NCBI GenBank assembly: GCA_001778985.1
Contig: MFIU01000001.1
Coordinates: forward strand, 126,001-190,000
Source: Candidatus Giovannonibacteria bacterium RIFOXYD1_FULL_48_21
Lineage (GTDB): Bacteria > Patescibacteriota > Minisyncoccia > JACPKW01 > UBA11713
Direction of reading: 5' to 3'
DNA: 64,000 nt
Positions 1 through 9,801 of this stretch are shown one piece after another. The notes beneath the pieces are model-generated. The model was not told the DNA's origin. It searched no databases and saw only the letters and a list, made by a program, of their open reading frames with translations. The translations under genes were made by a program, and so were the position numbers. Positions within the stretch are counted from its first letter, which is position 1; every line of letters begins with the position of its first letter.

Positions 1-521
1 TTGCTTTAGTTGTGATTGTAGCCGGAGACGGCGAAGTTTCTCTCAAAAAGCTCTCGGTAGTATAGGTCCAGGTCCTGGAGTTTTCTGGTTTGTGCGTCCA
101 TTAGCCGAGAAGTTTCTTCTTCTCTTCGATTATTCTTTTCGCAGTGGCACTGGGCCCTAACGATCATGATTGCCTTTTTGAACCGCGGCGGGAGCTCGCT
201 ATGTTTTAGTGGAACCATCTTTGACCTCCTTTATAATTCAGATTTCCCCAATCGTGTTATAACTTTATTTTCTATTTTTTGAAAAGTCAAGTATAATACA
301 CTTTCACATGAAGCGTTTGTCGAAGAGTGTTCGAAAGTTTATTCGCAAAGAAAAATGCCGTCTCAGGCGGCAATTTTTGGATATTAAAACCCAGAACGAA
401 AAAATTAAAGAGTTACTTGCTACCTTGAGATCTACCCACAAAATTCTTTGACGGCAACTTTTATCGGCGCTAGTCTGATATTAAAGTTCTTGCGGTAAAA
501 ATTTTAGAAGAGGAGGTATGT

Positions 522-740
522 ATGGGCGCAAGCGATGCAGGCGAGGGAGACGCAGTAATTTTTCTGAGGGAACGGGAAGGAGCACACGGCCGGAATATAG
601 AGATTCCGCTGGGGAACGGAAAAGTTCCCATCCCGAGTTTGGACGTGGCGCGATATGTGGCAATGCAAACTGCGCCACAGCAAAATGGAGATATTCGCAT
701 CGCGTTCCGCTTTGGGGGCGAACTTTATCAGATAGTTTGA
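522..740 (+). CDS. hypothetical small protein (72 aa)
   Basis: ATG preceded by canonical SD AGGAGG about 7 nt upstream (aagaggaggtatgtATG); followed by a hairpin plus T-run terminator; no family recognised. Confidence 0.35.
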   Translation: MGASDAGEGDAVIFLREREGAHGRNIEIPLGNGKVPIPSLDVARYVAMQTAPQQNGDIRIAFRFGGELYQIV

Positions 741-764
741 TAATCTTGTCCTCGAGATTTTTCG

Positions 765-795
765 AGCCCTGGACTTTTCGGGGCTCCCTTTTTAT
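765..795 (+). terminator. putative rho-independent terminator
   Basis: GAGCCC...GGGCTC stem followed by CCTTTTTAT. Confidence 0.4.
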
Positions 796-812
796 GCTAG
801 GATTTAAAAATC

Positions 813-1550
813 ATGGAAAACTTCTTAAGATTTAAAGGAATTATTTCAATCGTAGGTATTTTGCTGGCTATTTTTCTGGCGGTCAAATCCTGGGAATCTT
901 TTCAGGAACTGCGCCTGCCGCGCTTTGACCGGCCTTCGATTTCCATCACCGGAGAAGGCAAGGTTTTCGCGAAGCCGGACATTGCCCAGATTCAGTTCGC
1001 GACTTCGGTGGACCGGACCAGCGTGGCGGAGGCGCAAGAGCGCGCCACTGAACTCATCAACCGAGTCATCGGGGTTTTGAGAGAGAAGGGGGTCGAGGAG
1101 AAAGACATAAAAACAACTTCATATTCTATAAATCCGCGCTACGATTATTCGGACGGAAGACAAATTTTGCGCGGCTACAACGTTACCCAGAATCTGGAAG
1201 TCAAAGTCCGCGACCTCACTAAGGTTGGCGAAATATTAGCGGCCGCGGCCGGGGCCGGAGTGAATCAAATCGGAGGACTTTCGTTTACGACCGAGGACCC
1301 GCAGAGACTTCAGCAAGAAGCGCGAGACAAGGCGATTGAAGATGCAAAACGAAAAGCAGACGAGCTCGCCTCCAAGGTTGGCGTGAGGCTTGGCAAGGTT
1401 GTCGGATTTTTTGAATCCGGAGGCTTCCCGCCGCCGATTCCCCTCTACGGCAAAGGCGGAGATATGGGCATCGCGGAACGGGCGCCGGAGATTCCGGTGG
1501 GCGAGAACGAAATCGTTGTCAACGTTACAATTACTTATCAGTTGAAATAA
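813..1550 (+). CDS. SIMPL/DUF541-domain protein (BP26/OMP28-like periplasmic protein) with N-terminal TM helix
   Basis: N-terminal hydrophobic helix; ISITGEGKVFAKPDIAQIQF...VTQNLEVKVRDL...NEIVVNVTITYQL pattern typical of the SIMPL domain. Confidence 0.55.
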   Translation: MENFLRFKGIISIVGILLAIFLAVKSWESFQELRLPRFDRPSISITGEGKVFAKPDIAQIQFATSVDRTSVAEAQERATELINRVIGVLREKGVEEKDIKTTSYSINPRYDYSDGRQILRGYNVTQNLEVKVRDLTKVGEILAAAAGAGVNQIGGLSFTTEDPQRLQQEARDKAIEDAKRKADELASKVGVRLGKVVGFFESGGFPPPIPLYGKGGDMGIAERAPEIPVGENEIVVNVTITYQLK

Positions 1551-1610
1551 AAAGTAAGGCTCCATACTTGGAAAGCACGGAGCCTTAACTTAGAAAACAG
1601 ATACCACTGA

Positions 1611-3146
1611 TTATTCAAGCTCGATTGTGGCTGGCGGTTTTGAAGTTTCATCAAACCACACTCGGGTTACGGCCGGATGCGTGGTCAAAGTGCGGATAAT
1701 TTCTCTGCGCACTTGGGATGGAAGTTCTACGCCCCAGGCGGTCATGAAATCAGAGGTTCTGACGGCTCGGACCACGATTGGATAACCGTAGCTGCGGCCG
1801 TCTCCCTTCACTCCGACGGTCTTTGCGCCGATAAGGGCAACCACGAGCTGCGAGATTTTTCTCTCGAGTTGCGCCTCTTTAATGATGTGCGAGACCTCCC
1901 GGTCCGCCCAGCGCACGATGCCGAGCCGTTCTTCGGTAGCCGGCAGGCCGACCACACGGCAGAAAAGTCCTGGCCCAGGGAATGGCATCCGCTCGGAAAC
2001 TTTCTCCGGAAGGCCTAGGGCTCGAGCTAGATCCCGCACCTCATCTTTGAACAACGCTCGGAGAGGATGGAGCTGCTTGAGGCGCGAGTTGCCAAGATTA
2101 TGGTGGGTCTTTATGTGCGCGGCTTCGCCAACTTTCCCCGATTCGATAATATCGGGGGCGAGCGTGCCTTGAATCAGAAGTTCGATGCCACGACGCGCGG
2201 AGTATTCTTCCAGCGTGGCGAAATATGTTTCTTGGAAGTGTGCTCTTTTCTCTTCTGCATCGGCTAATAACTCGATTCGCCGGAAGGCCGTTGGGTTAGA
2301 GATGATTTCCGCGTTGCTTCCTGCACTCTTCGCATTTTCTTGAATTTCTTCCAGTTCTCCCTCGCGCAGTTGACCCCCATCAATCGTGACCAGGGTAAGC
2401 CGTTCTCCCAAAACCAGTTTTAGAATGCTGGCGAGAATGGTCGAGTCCACTCCGCCGGAATAAGCGAGGAGACAGTTGGCATTTCTAGGAACTTTGGCTG
2501 AAATTTCTTCGCGAATTTCCGCAATCACGTTTTGCGCCGACCAGTCTGGCACAGCCCCACAGATATCCAGAAAGTTTTTAAGAATACGCGGGCCGTACTC
2601 CGTCTGTTCCACTTCCGGATGAAACTGTAGTCCCCAAATGGGGCGCTCTTTGTGACGGATTGCGGCAATCGTCCTGCCATCGCCACTTTCACCTATATCG
2701 TCAAACCAAAGTGGCATTACCCTTACGCTGTCGCCATGACTTGCCCAAATTGTGCTGTACTTAGGGACATTTCGAAGGTCATAACCCCAAGGAACTCCTT
2801 CCAGGAGGCCAGTGGGACTTCCAGAAAATTGGGCGGGTCCATATTCAATAAGTGTCTCTTCTCGCCGTATCTCACCACCAAAGACTTGAACCAGCCAATG
2901 CATCCCAAGACAGATTCCTAGAATAGGAACATTCAGTTTCAGAATGTTTTCGGGGGGTTGAGGCGAGTCCGAATCATAGATGCTGGCGGCTCCTCCGGAG
3001 AGAATAATGCCTCTGGGAGTTTCTTTGGCGAGATATTCTTCTACTTCCCGCGGGGGGAGAATTAGGGAGCGCACTCCCAACTCCCGCAAACGCCGTCCAA
3101 TAAGCAAGGTGTACTGCGAACCCAGGTCAATAATCAGTATCTGCAT
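1611..3146 (-). CDS. guaA: GMP synthase (glutamine-hydrolysing)
   Basis: N-terminal class-I GATase (MQILIIDLGSQYT...GICLGMH) and ATP-PPase SGGVDS motif; 511 aa. Confidence 0.9.
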   Translation of the reverse strand: MQILIIDLGSQYTLLIGRRLRELGVRSLILPPREVEEYLAKETPRGIILSGGAASIYDSDSPQPPENILKLNVPILGICLGMHWLVQVFGGEIRREETLIEYGPAQFSGSPTGLLEGVPWGYDLRNVPKYSTIWASHGDSVRVMPLWFDDIGESGDGRTIAAIRHKERPIWGLQFHPEVEQTEYGPRILKNFLDICGAVPDWSAQNVIAEIREEISAKVPRNANCLLAYSGGVDSTILASILKLVLGERLTLVTIDGGQLREGELEEIQENAKSAGSNAEIISNPTAFRRIELLADAEEKRAHFQETYFATLEEYSARRGIELLIQGTLAPDIIESGKVGEAAHIKTHHNLGNSRLKQLHPLRALFKDEVRDLARALGLPEKVSERMPFPGPGLFCRVVGLPATEERLGIVRWADREVSHIIKEAQLERKISQLVVALIGAKTVGVKGDGRSYGYPIVVRAVRTSDFMTAWGVELPSQVRREIIRTLTTHPAVTRVWFDETSKPPATIELE

Positions 3147-3209
3147 TTTTCCTTCCCCTTTCTATAAAAGAAGTTTTCAACATCATAACATATGTTATAC
3201 TGACTTTAT

Positions 3210-4151
3210 ATGGAACCAAAAACCGGCCCCAAAGACGTCTTTCTGCATCTGCTCTCGATAATCGCGCTTTATGTCGCGGCTGGAAGTTTTATCGCGCTCG
3301 TTTTCCAATATATAAATGTTCTCTTTCCAGACCCCCTGACGAGCGGGTACAACTACCTCGCTTCGGCTTATAGCGGCATTCGCTGGTCTATCTCGGTTTT
3401 GATTGTGGTTTTTCCGGTATATCTTTGGTCCATCTGGTTTCTGAACAAAAATTACGCGCTCTCTCCGGAGAAAAGAGAATTGAAATCCAGAAAATGGCTT
3501 ATCTATTTCACGCTTTTCGCGGCCGCGCTTATCATCATCGGTGACCTGATTACTTTGATTTTTAACTTTTTGCAGGGCGAACTATCCCTCCGCTTTTTCC
3601 TGAAAATCATCGCGGTCGGTGTCGTAGCGGCGGTGATTTTCTGGTACTACCTTTCAGAGCTCCGGAGCCGCGCAGGATTTTCCGCTAAATATTTCGCTTA
3701 TCCCGTAAGCGCCGCGGTGCTCCTTGCGGTTATTGCCGGTTTTTTCGTAGTTGGCTCGCCGCAAGAGGAGCGGGTTTTCAGGTTTGACGAGCAAAGAGTT
3801 TATGATTTACAGATGATTCAGGGACAACTTGTGAGTTTTTGGCAGACCAAAGAGAAATTGCCGCAAAATCTTTCCGAACTTTCCGACCCTATCTCCGGAT
3901 TTGTCGCACCGAAAGACCCCGAGTCTGGACAAGATTACGCTTACAAGAAGACAGGCAATTTGAGTTTCAAACTCTGCGCCAATTTTTCGCGTCCGAGCCG
4001 CGAGCCCGGCACTCCCGGCGCAAAACCGGCAGCCGGCCTCGAAGCCCCTTTCCCTTACTTTGGGTCAGAAAATTGGCAGCATGAAACCGGCTCGGTCTGC
4101 TTTGAGAGGACGATTGACCCGGAAAGATATCCGCCTCTGCCCAAGCGTTGA
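3210..4151 (+). CDS. hypothetical membrane protein (multi-TM N-terminus, soluble C-terminal domain)
   Basis: several hydrophobic helices in the first 180 aa; no motif recognised. Confidence 0.45.
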   Translation: MEPKTGPKDVFLHLLSIIALYVAAGSFIALVFQYINVLFPDPLTSGYNYLASAYSGIRWSISVLIVVFPVYLWSIWFLNKNYALSPEKRELKSRKWLIYFTLFAAALIIIGDLITLIFNFLQGELSLRFFLKIIAVGVVAAVIFWYYLSELRSRAGFSAKYFAYPVSAAVLLAVIAGFFVVGSPQEERVFRFDEQRVYDLQMIQGQLVSFWQTKEKLPQNLSELSDPISGFVAPKDPESGQDYAYKKTGNLSFKLCANFSRPSREPGTPGAKPAAGLEAPFPYFGSENWQHETGSVCFERTIDPERYPPLPKR

Positions 4152-4600
4152 AGCGAGAAATTTTTCTCATCCTCCACAACATTCGGAGTCTATATAATGT
4201 AGGCGCGATTTTTCGGACCGCGGACGCGGCCGGGGTCTCAAAAATTTTTTTGACCGGATATACTCCTTTGCCCGCCGCCAAAACTGCGCTCGGAGCCGAA
4301 AAGTACGTCCCTTGGGAAAAGCTTCGATATATCGAAGCAGCAGTAAGGAGATTAAAAAAAGAAAAAGTTCCAATAGTTGCGCTTGAGCAATCGTCCAAAG
4401 CAACTGATTATCGAAAATTCAAGCCGAAGTTTCCGATGGCGCTCGTTCTCGGCAACGAAGTCCGTGGACTTTCAAAACCTCTTTTGAAAAAGTGCGATAA
4501 AATAATTTACATTCCGCTCTACGGCAAAAAAGAGTCTCTTAACGTTTCTGTCGCCGCCGGCGTGGCACTTTTCGGCTTAATACGAAACTTCAGAGATTAA
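4148..4600 (+). CDS. SpoU/TrmH-family RNA 2'-O-methyltransferase
   Basis: FLILHNIRSLYNVGAIFRTADAAGVSKIFLTGY...LVLGNEVRGLS...IYIPLYG SPOUT motifs; ATGA overlap with the upstream gene. Confidence 0.7.
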   Translation: MKREIFLILHNIRSLYNVGAIFRTADAAGVSKIFLTGYTPLPAAKTALGAEKYVPWEKLRYIEAAVRRLKKEKVPIVALEQSSKATDYRKFKPKFPMALVLGNEVRGLSKPLLKKCDKIIYIPLYGKKESLNVSVAAGVALFGLIRNFRD

Positions 4601-5431
4601 ATTTCCGGCCTGGTCAAAGATGCGCACGGAGTCGTGGCGGTTGGACCAGAATTCGCTCTCTCTTCCCATAAAAATCCGCCATTCTTTCTGGTCAAAATCC
4701 GCGTCGTTTTTGAAATCTTTAACACAGCCGGTGTAGTTCGCGTGCTCTGCCACAAACTGGGAACATTCGTCGTCAATGCCCGAGGAGAAATTAATGGTCG
4801 GAGAGGTGCAGTAGGCGATGCGCTCGACGAAAATTTGGCATTTCTCTTTTAAGTTTTTGAATTTGGCAAGCTCGTCCAGCCGCGGGCAGGAGAAAGGCAG
4901 GTCGGGATAATAAGTTTTATTCTGCGCCAGATAGCCCGAGCATTTGTTAACCTTGAAATTGAATCCGCGGGGGCTCTCGCCAGTGGCGATAACGGCGCGC
5001 TCGCCGGGATTTAGAAAAATCGCGCTTCCGAATTCGTCCCGGCCCACTTCAATGGTTTCATTGTTCCGGTTTTTCAGGATAAGGCCGGTTATGACCACTT
5101 TTATTTTGTTCAGGTTTGGAGCGGAGATTTGAATATGCTCACGTTCAAGTTCCAGCCGCGTGCCTCCGGAAGACAGGAGGTTTAGTTGGCCTGGGCTTAT
5201 TGGGACGATGGGCGTTGGCAGAGGTGCCGGTGCCGGAGGAGTGGGTGAGGGAGCTGGAGAGGGAGCTGGCCGTAATTCTTCTTCCACGGTTCCTTCTCTG
5301 GAAGGGGAACCGAAACGAATGCCCGAGCCGCCGAAAAGCCCATCGCCTCTGGAAGAGATTAAAATCACTCCGAGCACAATCAGAAAAAGCCAAATCCAAT
5401 GGTCACCGGCTGGTTTTTCATTGTCCGCCAT
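4577..5431 (-). CDS. hypothetical membrane-anchored/secreted protein with Pro-rich linker and Cys-rich C-terminal domain
   Basis: N-terminal TM helix, PAPSPAPSPTPPAPAPLPTP linker, 6+ Cys in the C-terminal part. Confidence 0.45.
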   Translation of the reverse strand: MADNEKPAGDHWIWLFLIVLGVILISSRGDGLFGGSGIRFGSPSREGTVEEELRPAPSPAPSPTPPAPAPLPTPIVPISPGQLNLLSSGGTRLELEREHIQISAPNLNKIKVVITGLILKNRNNETIEVGRDEFGSAIFLNPGERAVIATGESPRGFNFKVNKCSGYLAQNKTYYPDLPFSCPRLDELAKFKNLKEKCQIFVERIAYCTSPTINFSSGIDDECSQFVAEHANYTGCVKDFKNDADFDQKEWRIFMGRESEFWSNRHDSVRIFDQAGNLISEVSY

Positions 5432-5510
5432 AGTTATATTTTATCGCTTTTGTAACCCTTTTGACAATAAAGCTAGAATATAGTAATATATTGACGGATA
5501 AGGAGGATTT

Positions 5511-5678
5511 ATGAAGAAAGAACAACTAGAGGAAGAGTTATTTTTGTTGCCTCCGGATGATAAAGAGAAGAGTTTGAAACGCATCCAAAAAGCAGCGCGG
5601 CGGAGGCATAAGTCTTCGAGATGGATAAGAGACCTTTCGATCCTGAAAGCCAAGTTGGATCGGAAGAAATCCAACTGA
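5511..5678 (+). CDS. small ORF (55 aa, basic)
   Basis: ATG 7 nt downstream of GGAGG; below the ORF-track length cut-off; no homology recognised. Confidence 0.25.
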   Translation: MKKEQLEEELFLLPPDDKEKSLKRIQKAARRRHKSSRWIRDLSILKAKLDRKKSN

Positions 5679-5722
5679 CTGAAAGACTTGGCAAATTCAG
5701 AAGATTGGCATAGGATATCCCT

Positions 5723-6124
5723 ATGCCATCTTTGTTTCCGGACCTTTTTGTTTTCGAACAATTCGCTCCACTGATTTTACGCCTGGTCTTGGGTGCGGTT
5801 TTTATAGTTCATGGCTATCCCAAGCTTTTCACTCAATTTGCCGAAACGGCCCAATTTTTTGAAGCCGTAAATATCAGGCCCGCGAAGTTCTTGGTTTTTG
5901 TCGTGGGTATTGTTGAATTTTTCGGCGGAATATTTTTGGTCGCTGGTTTTTTGACCCAGCTTGTCGCGGCCTTGATTGCGATAGATATGATGGTCGCGAT
6001 TTGGAAAGTAAAATTTCGACAAGGTTTTTTCGGAGGTTATGAGTTTGATTTGGCGCTTCTGGCCATGGCGGTTTCTTTAATATTGCTGGGTCCTGGAAAA
6101 TTTTCCTTAGATTTGCCATTTTAG
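5723..6124 (+). CDS. DoxX-family membrane protein
   Basis: FAPLILRLVLGAVFIVHGYPKLF...; four-TM, 133 aa DoxX pattern. Confidence 0.7.
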   Translation: MPSLFPDLFVFEQFAPLILRLVLGAVFIVHGYPKLFTQFAETAQFFEAVNIRPAKFLVFVVGIVEFFGGIFLVAGFLTQLVAALIAIDMMVAIWKVKFRQGFFGGYEFDLALLAMAVSLILLGPGKFSLDLPF

Positions 6125-6131
6125 ATTAAAT

Positions 6132-6620
6132 ATGCCGGAGAAAGCAAAATTCATGAGCGCGGGACTTAGCTTAAGCTTCGACGAGCTCGTCGAGCGGCTG
6201 ATTGAATTTGTCAAAGAACAGCCGCAGCGCGAATATAAAATCGTGGTGGGGACGGATTCCAAGGCCGAACAAAGGGTGCGATTTGTGACCGCGGTTGCGA
6301 TTCTACGCGTCAGAAACGGGGCAAGGTACTTCTGGACTCGAAGCGAGGAATTTTTTGTTCCCACTCTACGGGACAGAATTTATAAAGAAACCATGTACTC
6401 GATTGCCTTCACCCAGGAGCTTCGCTCGCGCCTGAAGGATAAACTCGGAGAGGAATTTTTCTGGGACGGAAAAATCTCGGTGCACTTGGACGTGGGTCAA
6501 AACGGCCCGACCAAAGAACTGATTGACGCGGTGGTGGGGATGGTAAGGGGCTACGGCCTGGAAGCGGTCATTAAGCCGGATTCTTTCGGCGCCTTCGTAG
6601 TGGCCGATAGACATACTTAA
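6132..6620 (+). CDS. DUF458/YkuK-like (RNase H-fold) protein
   Basis: KIVVGTDSKAEQRVRFVTAVAILRVRNGARYFW resembles the YkuK family core; recognised from memory only. Confidence 0.4.
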   Translation: MPEKAKFMSAGLSLSFDELVERLIEFVKEQPQREYKIVVGTDSKAEQRVRFVTAVAILRVRNGARYFWTRSEEFFVPTLRDRIYKETMYSIAFTQELRSRLKDKLGEEFFWDGKISVHLDVGQNGPTKELIDAVVGMVRGYGLEAVIKPDSFGAFVVADRHT

Positions 6621-6625
6621 TTTTT

Positions 6626-6697
6626 GTCCCCATAGCTTAACGGATAAAGTACAGCCCTCCGAAGGCTGGGATCGAGGTTCAATTCCTCGTGGGGACG
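6626..6697 (+). tRNA. tRNA-Arg (anticodon CCG)
   Basis: manual cloverleaf: acceptor GTCCCCA/TGGGGAC, D-stem GCTT/AAGT, anticodon stem CAGCC/GGCTG with loop CTCCGAA, T-arm CGAGG-TTCAATT-CCTCG; 72 nt. Confidence 0.7.
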
Positions 6698-6698
6698 C

Positions 6699-6769
6699 CG
6701 GGCTGTAGTATAGCGGTAGTACACAAGGCTGGGGGTCTTGTAGCCGGGGTCCGACTCCCCGCAGCCCGA
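6699..6769 (+). tRNA. tRNA-Pro (anticodon GGG)
   Basis: acceptor CGGGCTG/CAGCCCG, anticodon stem CAAGG/TCTTG with loop CTGGGGG (G37), T-arm CGGGG-TCCGACT-CCCCG; begins 1 nt after tRNA-Arg. Confidence 0.65.
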
Positions 6770-6781
6770 CACTTCGACTTT

Positions 6782-9307
6782 TTATAATATCGCCAGCTCT
6801 TCTGGAGTTAGAGAAAATTCTGCTCCTGGTTTGAGTTCTCCTCGGATGATTTTCTCGGAAATCAGTTTTTCGATTTTGTCCTGAATGAAGCGCTGCATGG
6901 GGCGCGCTCCAAGCGAAGGATTGTAACCTCCTTGAGTTACGGCCTCAATCAGCGCCTCATTTATCCGCAAGAGATAATTTTGCTTTTCGAGTCTTTCCTG
7001 AAGTTTTTTTAAGGCGAGCTCGGAGATTTTTTTCAAAACTTTGAAGCCGAGCGGCCGAAAGACAATCACGGCGTCAAAACGATTCAAAAGTTCCGGACTT
7101 ATGATTTTTTCTCTCTGAATGTGGGTGATAATTTTTTCCTGAAGCTTGGTTTTGTCCAATCCTTGTTTCACGAGTTCCCAGATAATTTCGCTTCCGGCGT
7201 TGGAGGTCGCGACAATGATGGTATTTCGCATATTGATGCGCTTCCCCAGATAATCAGTGAAAAATCCTTCGTCTAAAACCTGCAGGAAAAGATTTCGGAC
7301 TTTGGGATTTGATTTTTCAAATTCGTCGAGGAGTACGACGCTATACGGCGAGGAAAGAATTTTGGAGGCGAGCAGGCCCGGCTCGTTTTTGGCGAAAGAG
7401 CCGACCAATCTCTCCAGGCTGTCCTCGCTTTGATACTCGGACATATCGAAACGCAGCATGGCTTCTTCGTTGCCGAAGTAGATGTGGGCGAGGGTTTTGG
7501 CGGTTTCGGTTTTTCCCACGCCAGTCGGCCCCAGGAACATGAAACTGCCGATTGGTTTTTGGGGATTTCTGATTCCGGAGCGGGCCCGGCGAATCGCGTT
7601 CGCGATAGAATTGATGGCCTCCTCCTGGTCCACCACTCTTTGGTGCAAAATTTCTTCAAGCCCCAGAAGTTTTTTCTTCTCTTCTTCGGAAATCTCGCCT
7701 AATGGCATTTTGGTCTTGCGGCTCACGATTTCCAGCGCCAGCCCAGGCTCGATAATGGCCTGATGCCGCCCAGCCCCTTCTTTGAAGACCTCCTCCATTA
7801 AATCCACGGCGCGTTTCGGCAAGGAGCCCTCGACCAGATTTTGGGTGGCGGCCTCTGCGATTTTTTGAAGCGCGGCGTACGAGAAAAGAGCGCGTCCAGA
7901 GAAGGCTCTTTCCAATTCCGGAGCCAAGTCTTCCAGAATTCTCATAAGATTTTCCAGGTTGGGTTCCGGAAGTTCAATCCGCTCAAAAAATTTCATTAAA
8001 GCCTGGTTGGGTTCAAGAATTCTTCTGGCGCTCGTCCGGTCGGCTAAGGCCAAGATGTGGAGTTTTGAGCTTCCCAGATACGGCGACAAAAGTTCCAAGA
8101 TATTTATGCCCAGGGTGGAAAGAGATTGGGTGAATTCAGGAAAATTGTCGATTGCAAAAATTATGTTTCCGGCCCGGACCGCCTCATTGAAAAGCCTTAT
8201 CAAAATAGCTTCAATTTCCCCCTTATCTTTTCCGGATGCCACGGCCGACTCCGCGTAAAGTTTGAAAACGCGTTTATGTTCGAGCTCTGGAAAAATTTTT
8301 CCTTGCGAGATCATCCGGACCAGGCCCAGCAACACGGTGTGCTTGCCGACTCCGGGTTCTCCAACAATAAGAACGTTTGCCCCGGAGCTTTTCAGGAGAG
8401 CTTTTTCAACCAGTTCCACTTCCCGGCCCCGGCCCACGAGTTTTTCTTTTCTGGACGACGCTTCGCCAACCAGGTCATAGGCGAATCTTTCCAAAAAATA
8501 CGTTTCGCCGTAGGCAAAATCCTTGCCTATTCCTGGAATCCTGGCGAGATTTTCCCGGCGCCACCAGCGCTTTCTTTGATTTTCGGCGAGGGCTTCCCGC
8601 TCCGTCCAGCGAACCGCCTTTGCCGCACCCTCCGGCGTAGTTCCTTTTTCAATCAGGAATTCCCGAAAAGCTCTATGATTTTCAAAAAGCGCGAAGACCA
8701 AATCCGAGAAAAATATTTCACTCCCCGTCTCCTTTTTAGTCTCGAGGTAGTTGAGAAATTCCTGAAGTGAGAGGACTTCTCGAGGAGATTTTTCAAGAAT
8801 CTTTCCGTATTCTCGAGCAGTGAGTCCCAAGCGCCCAAGCGACTTTTGGCCGAGTTTGATTTGTCCAAGGGAGCGAAGAAGCCCGTTTAAGTCCGCCCTC
8901 GGAGAAAAATATATTTGGTACCAGAGCCAGGCGGCGTAGAGATTAAACATTTTGGCGAGATTTTTGGCGCCCGTTTCTCCGTTTGGATTTCTTGTTTTGG
9001 AATTGAAAAAACTTTGAAGGGCGAGAAGCCCGAGCCGCAAGGAAAGAAGAATATATAAAATCCCGAGCCAGAATTCGAAGGGCAGTCCCAGAAGACTGGG
9101 CGGTGCGAGCGGCAGGCGGTAGCCGTAAAAAGACGGCAGGTTTTGAAAAAGTTTTACCAAAAGCGAATATAGGAGCGGCAGAGAAAAAATAAGCAAAGCC
9201 CAGTTTAAAGCGCGCCCGATTTTGCGCCGAAGGCCGGAAGGAAAAATATTTTCCAAAACCAAGGCGCCGAAGAAGCGGTTTTCCGGAAAATTAAAGTAGG
9301 CCGGCAT
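6782..9307 (-). CDS. Clp/Hsp100-family AAA+ ATPase (ClpC/ClpB-like) with unusual N-terminal transmembrane region
   Basis: two Walker-A modules (LIVGEPGVGKHT; FMFLGPTGVGKTETAK), sensor/arginine finger regions; the first ~120 aa are hydrophobic helices, not a Clp_N domain. Confidence 0.8.
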   Translation of the reverse strand: MPAYFNFPENRFFGALVLENIFPSGLRRKIGRALNWALLIFSLPLLYSLLVKLFQNLPSFYGYRLPLAPPSLLGLPFEFWLGILYILLSLRLGLLALQSFFNSKTRNPNGETGAKNLAKMFNLYAAWLWYQIYFSPRADLNGLLRSLGQIKLGQKSLGRLGLTAREYGKILEKSPREVLSLQEFLNYLETKKETGSEIFFSDLVFALFENHRAFREFLIEKGTTPEGAAKAVRWTEREALAENQRKRWWRRENLARIPGIGKDFAYGETYFLERFAYDLVGEASSRKEKLVGRGREVELVEKALLKSSGANVLIVGEPGVGKHTVLLGLVRMISQGKIFPELEHKRVFKLYAESAVASGKDKGEIEAILIRLFNEAVRAGNIIFAIDNFPEFTQSLSTLGINILELLSPYLGSSKLHILALADRTSARRILEPNQALMKFFERIELPEPNLENLMRILEDLAPELERAFSGRALFSYAALQKIAEAATQNLVEGSLPKRAVDLMEEVFKEGAGRHQAIIEPGLALEIVSRKTKMPLGEISEEEKKKLLGLEEILHQRVVDQEEAINSIANAIRRARSGIRNPQKPIGSFMFLGPTGVGKTETAKTLAHIYFGNEEAMLRFDMSEYQSEDSLERLVGSFAKNEPGLLASKILSSPYSVVLLDEFEKSNPKVRNLFLQVLDEGFFTDYLGKRINMRNTIIVATSNAGSEIIWELVKQGLDKTKLQEKIITHIQREKIISPELLNRFDAVIVFRPLGFKVLKKISELALKKLQERLEKQNYLLRINEALIEAVTQGGYNPSLGARPMQRFIQDKIEKLISEKIIRGELKPGAEFSLTPEELAIL

Positions 9308-9310
9308 AAA

Positions 9311-9742
9311 CTAGAGTAGAGCCATGGTTAATCCGGCCAAGAAAAGCAGAGGAATTAAAAGCGGCAGAAAAATCCAGGCCGCAAAGACCGGGATTAAGGC
9401 CAATAAAAGAAAAAGCTCGACCAAGAGGCCGGCCAGAAGAAGAATGGTTCTTAGGATAAATCCGACGAGGCGCGAGATGAGATTTACGATAAGCGTTTCA
9501 AAAAGCGCCTGGGGGTCAAAGCCGCGGCGGTATTTTTCCGAAAGCCGCCAGATGGGGGAGAGAAGAGTTTTGGCCAAAAGCGGGATAGAGAAAAAGTGAT
9601 AGAAAAACCAGAAGAAATTTTTGGCGAGCTCGAGAATATCTTTCAGGGCAGAGCCGTAATGCCAGATAAAATATTCGCGGATGAAGATAGCCAGCGCCAC
9701 TCCTATATTATAGCAGAACAAGTTTGATTTTGGTCCGCCCAC
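9311..9742 (-). CDS. small hypothetical membrane protein
   Basis: 143 aa, 3-4 hydrophobic helices; probably co-transcribed with the Clp ATPase gene. Confidence 0.4.
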   Translation of the reverse strand: MGGPKSNLFCYNIGVALAIFIREYFIWHYGSALKDILELAKNFFWFFYHFFSIPLLAKTLLSPIWRLSEKYRRGFDPQALFETLIVNLISRLVGFILRTILLLAGLLVELFLLLALIPVFAAWIFLPLLIPLLFLAGLTMALL

Positions 9743-9801
9743 CAGGCCTCGAACCTAACCAACAGCAGTTCGTGTATCCTGTGTGGTATACTTGGTTGTA
9801 C

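Noticed and set aside
6-218. 70-aa minus-strand ORF at the window edge
   Set aside because: No SD, no recognisable motif, unusual composition; insufficient support.
308-454. 48-codon '+' ORF (MKRLSKSVRKFIRKEKCRLRRQF...) in the AT-rich region upstream of 522
   Set aside because: No convincing RBS and a highly basic low-complexity peptide; could equally be a promoter/leader region.
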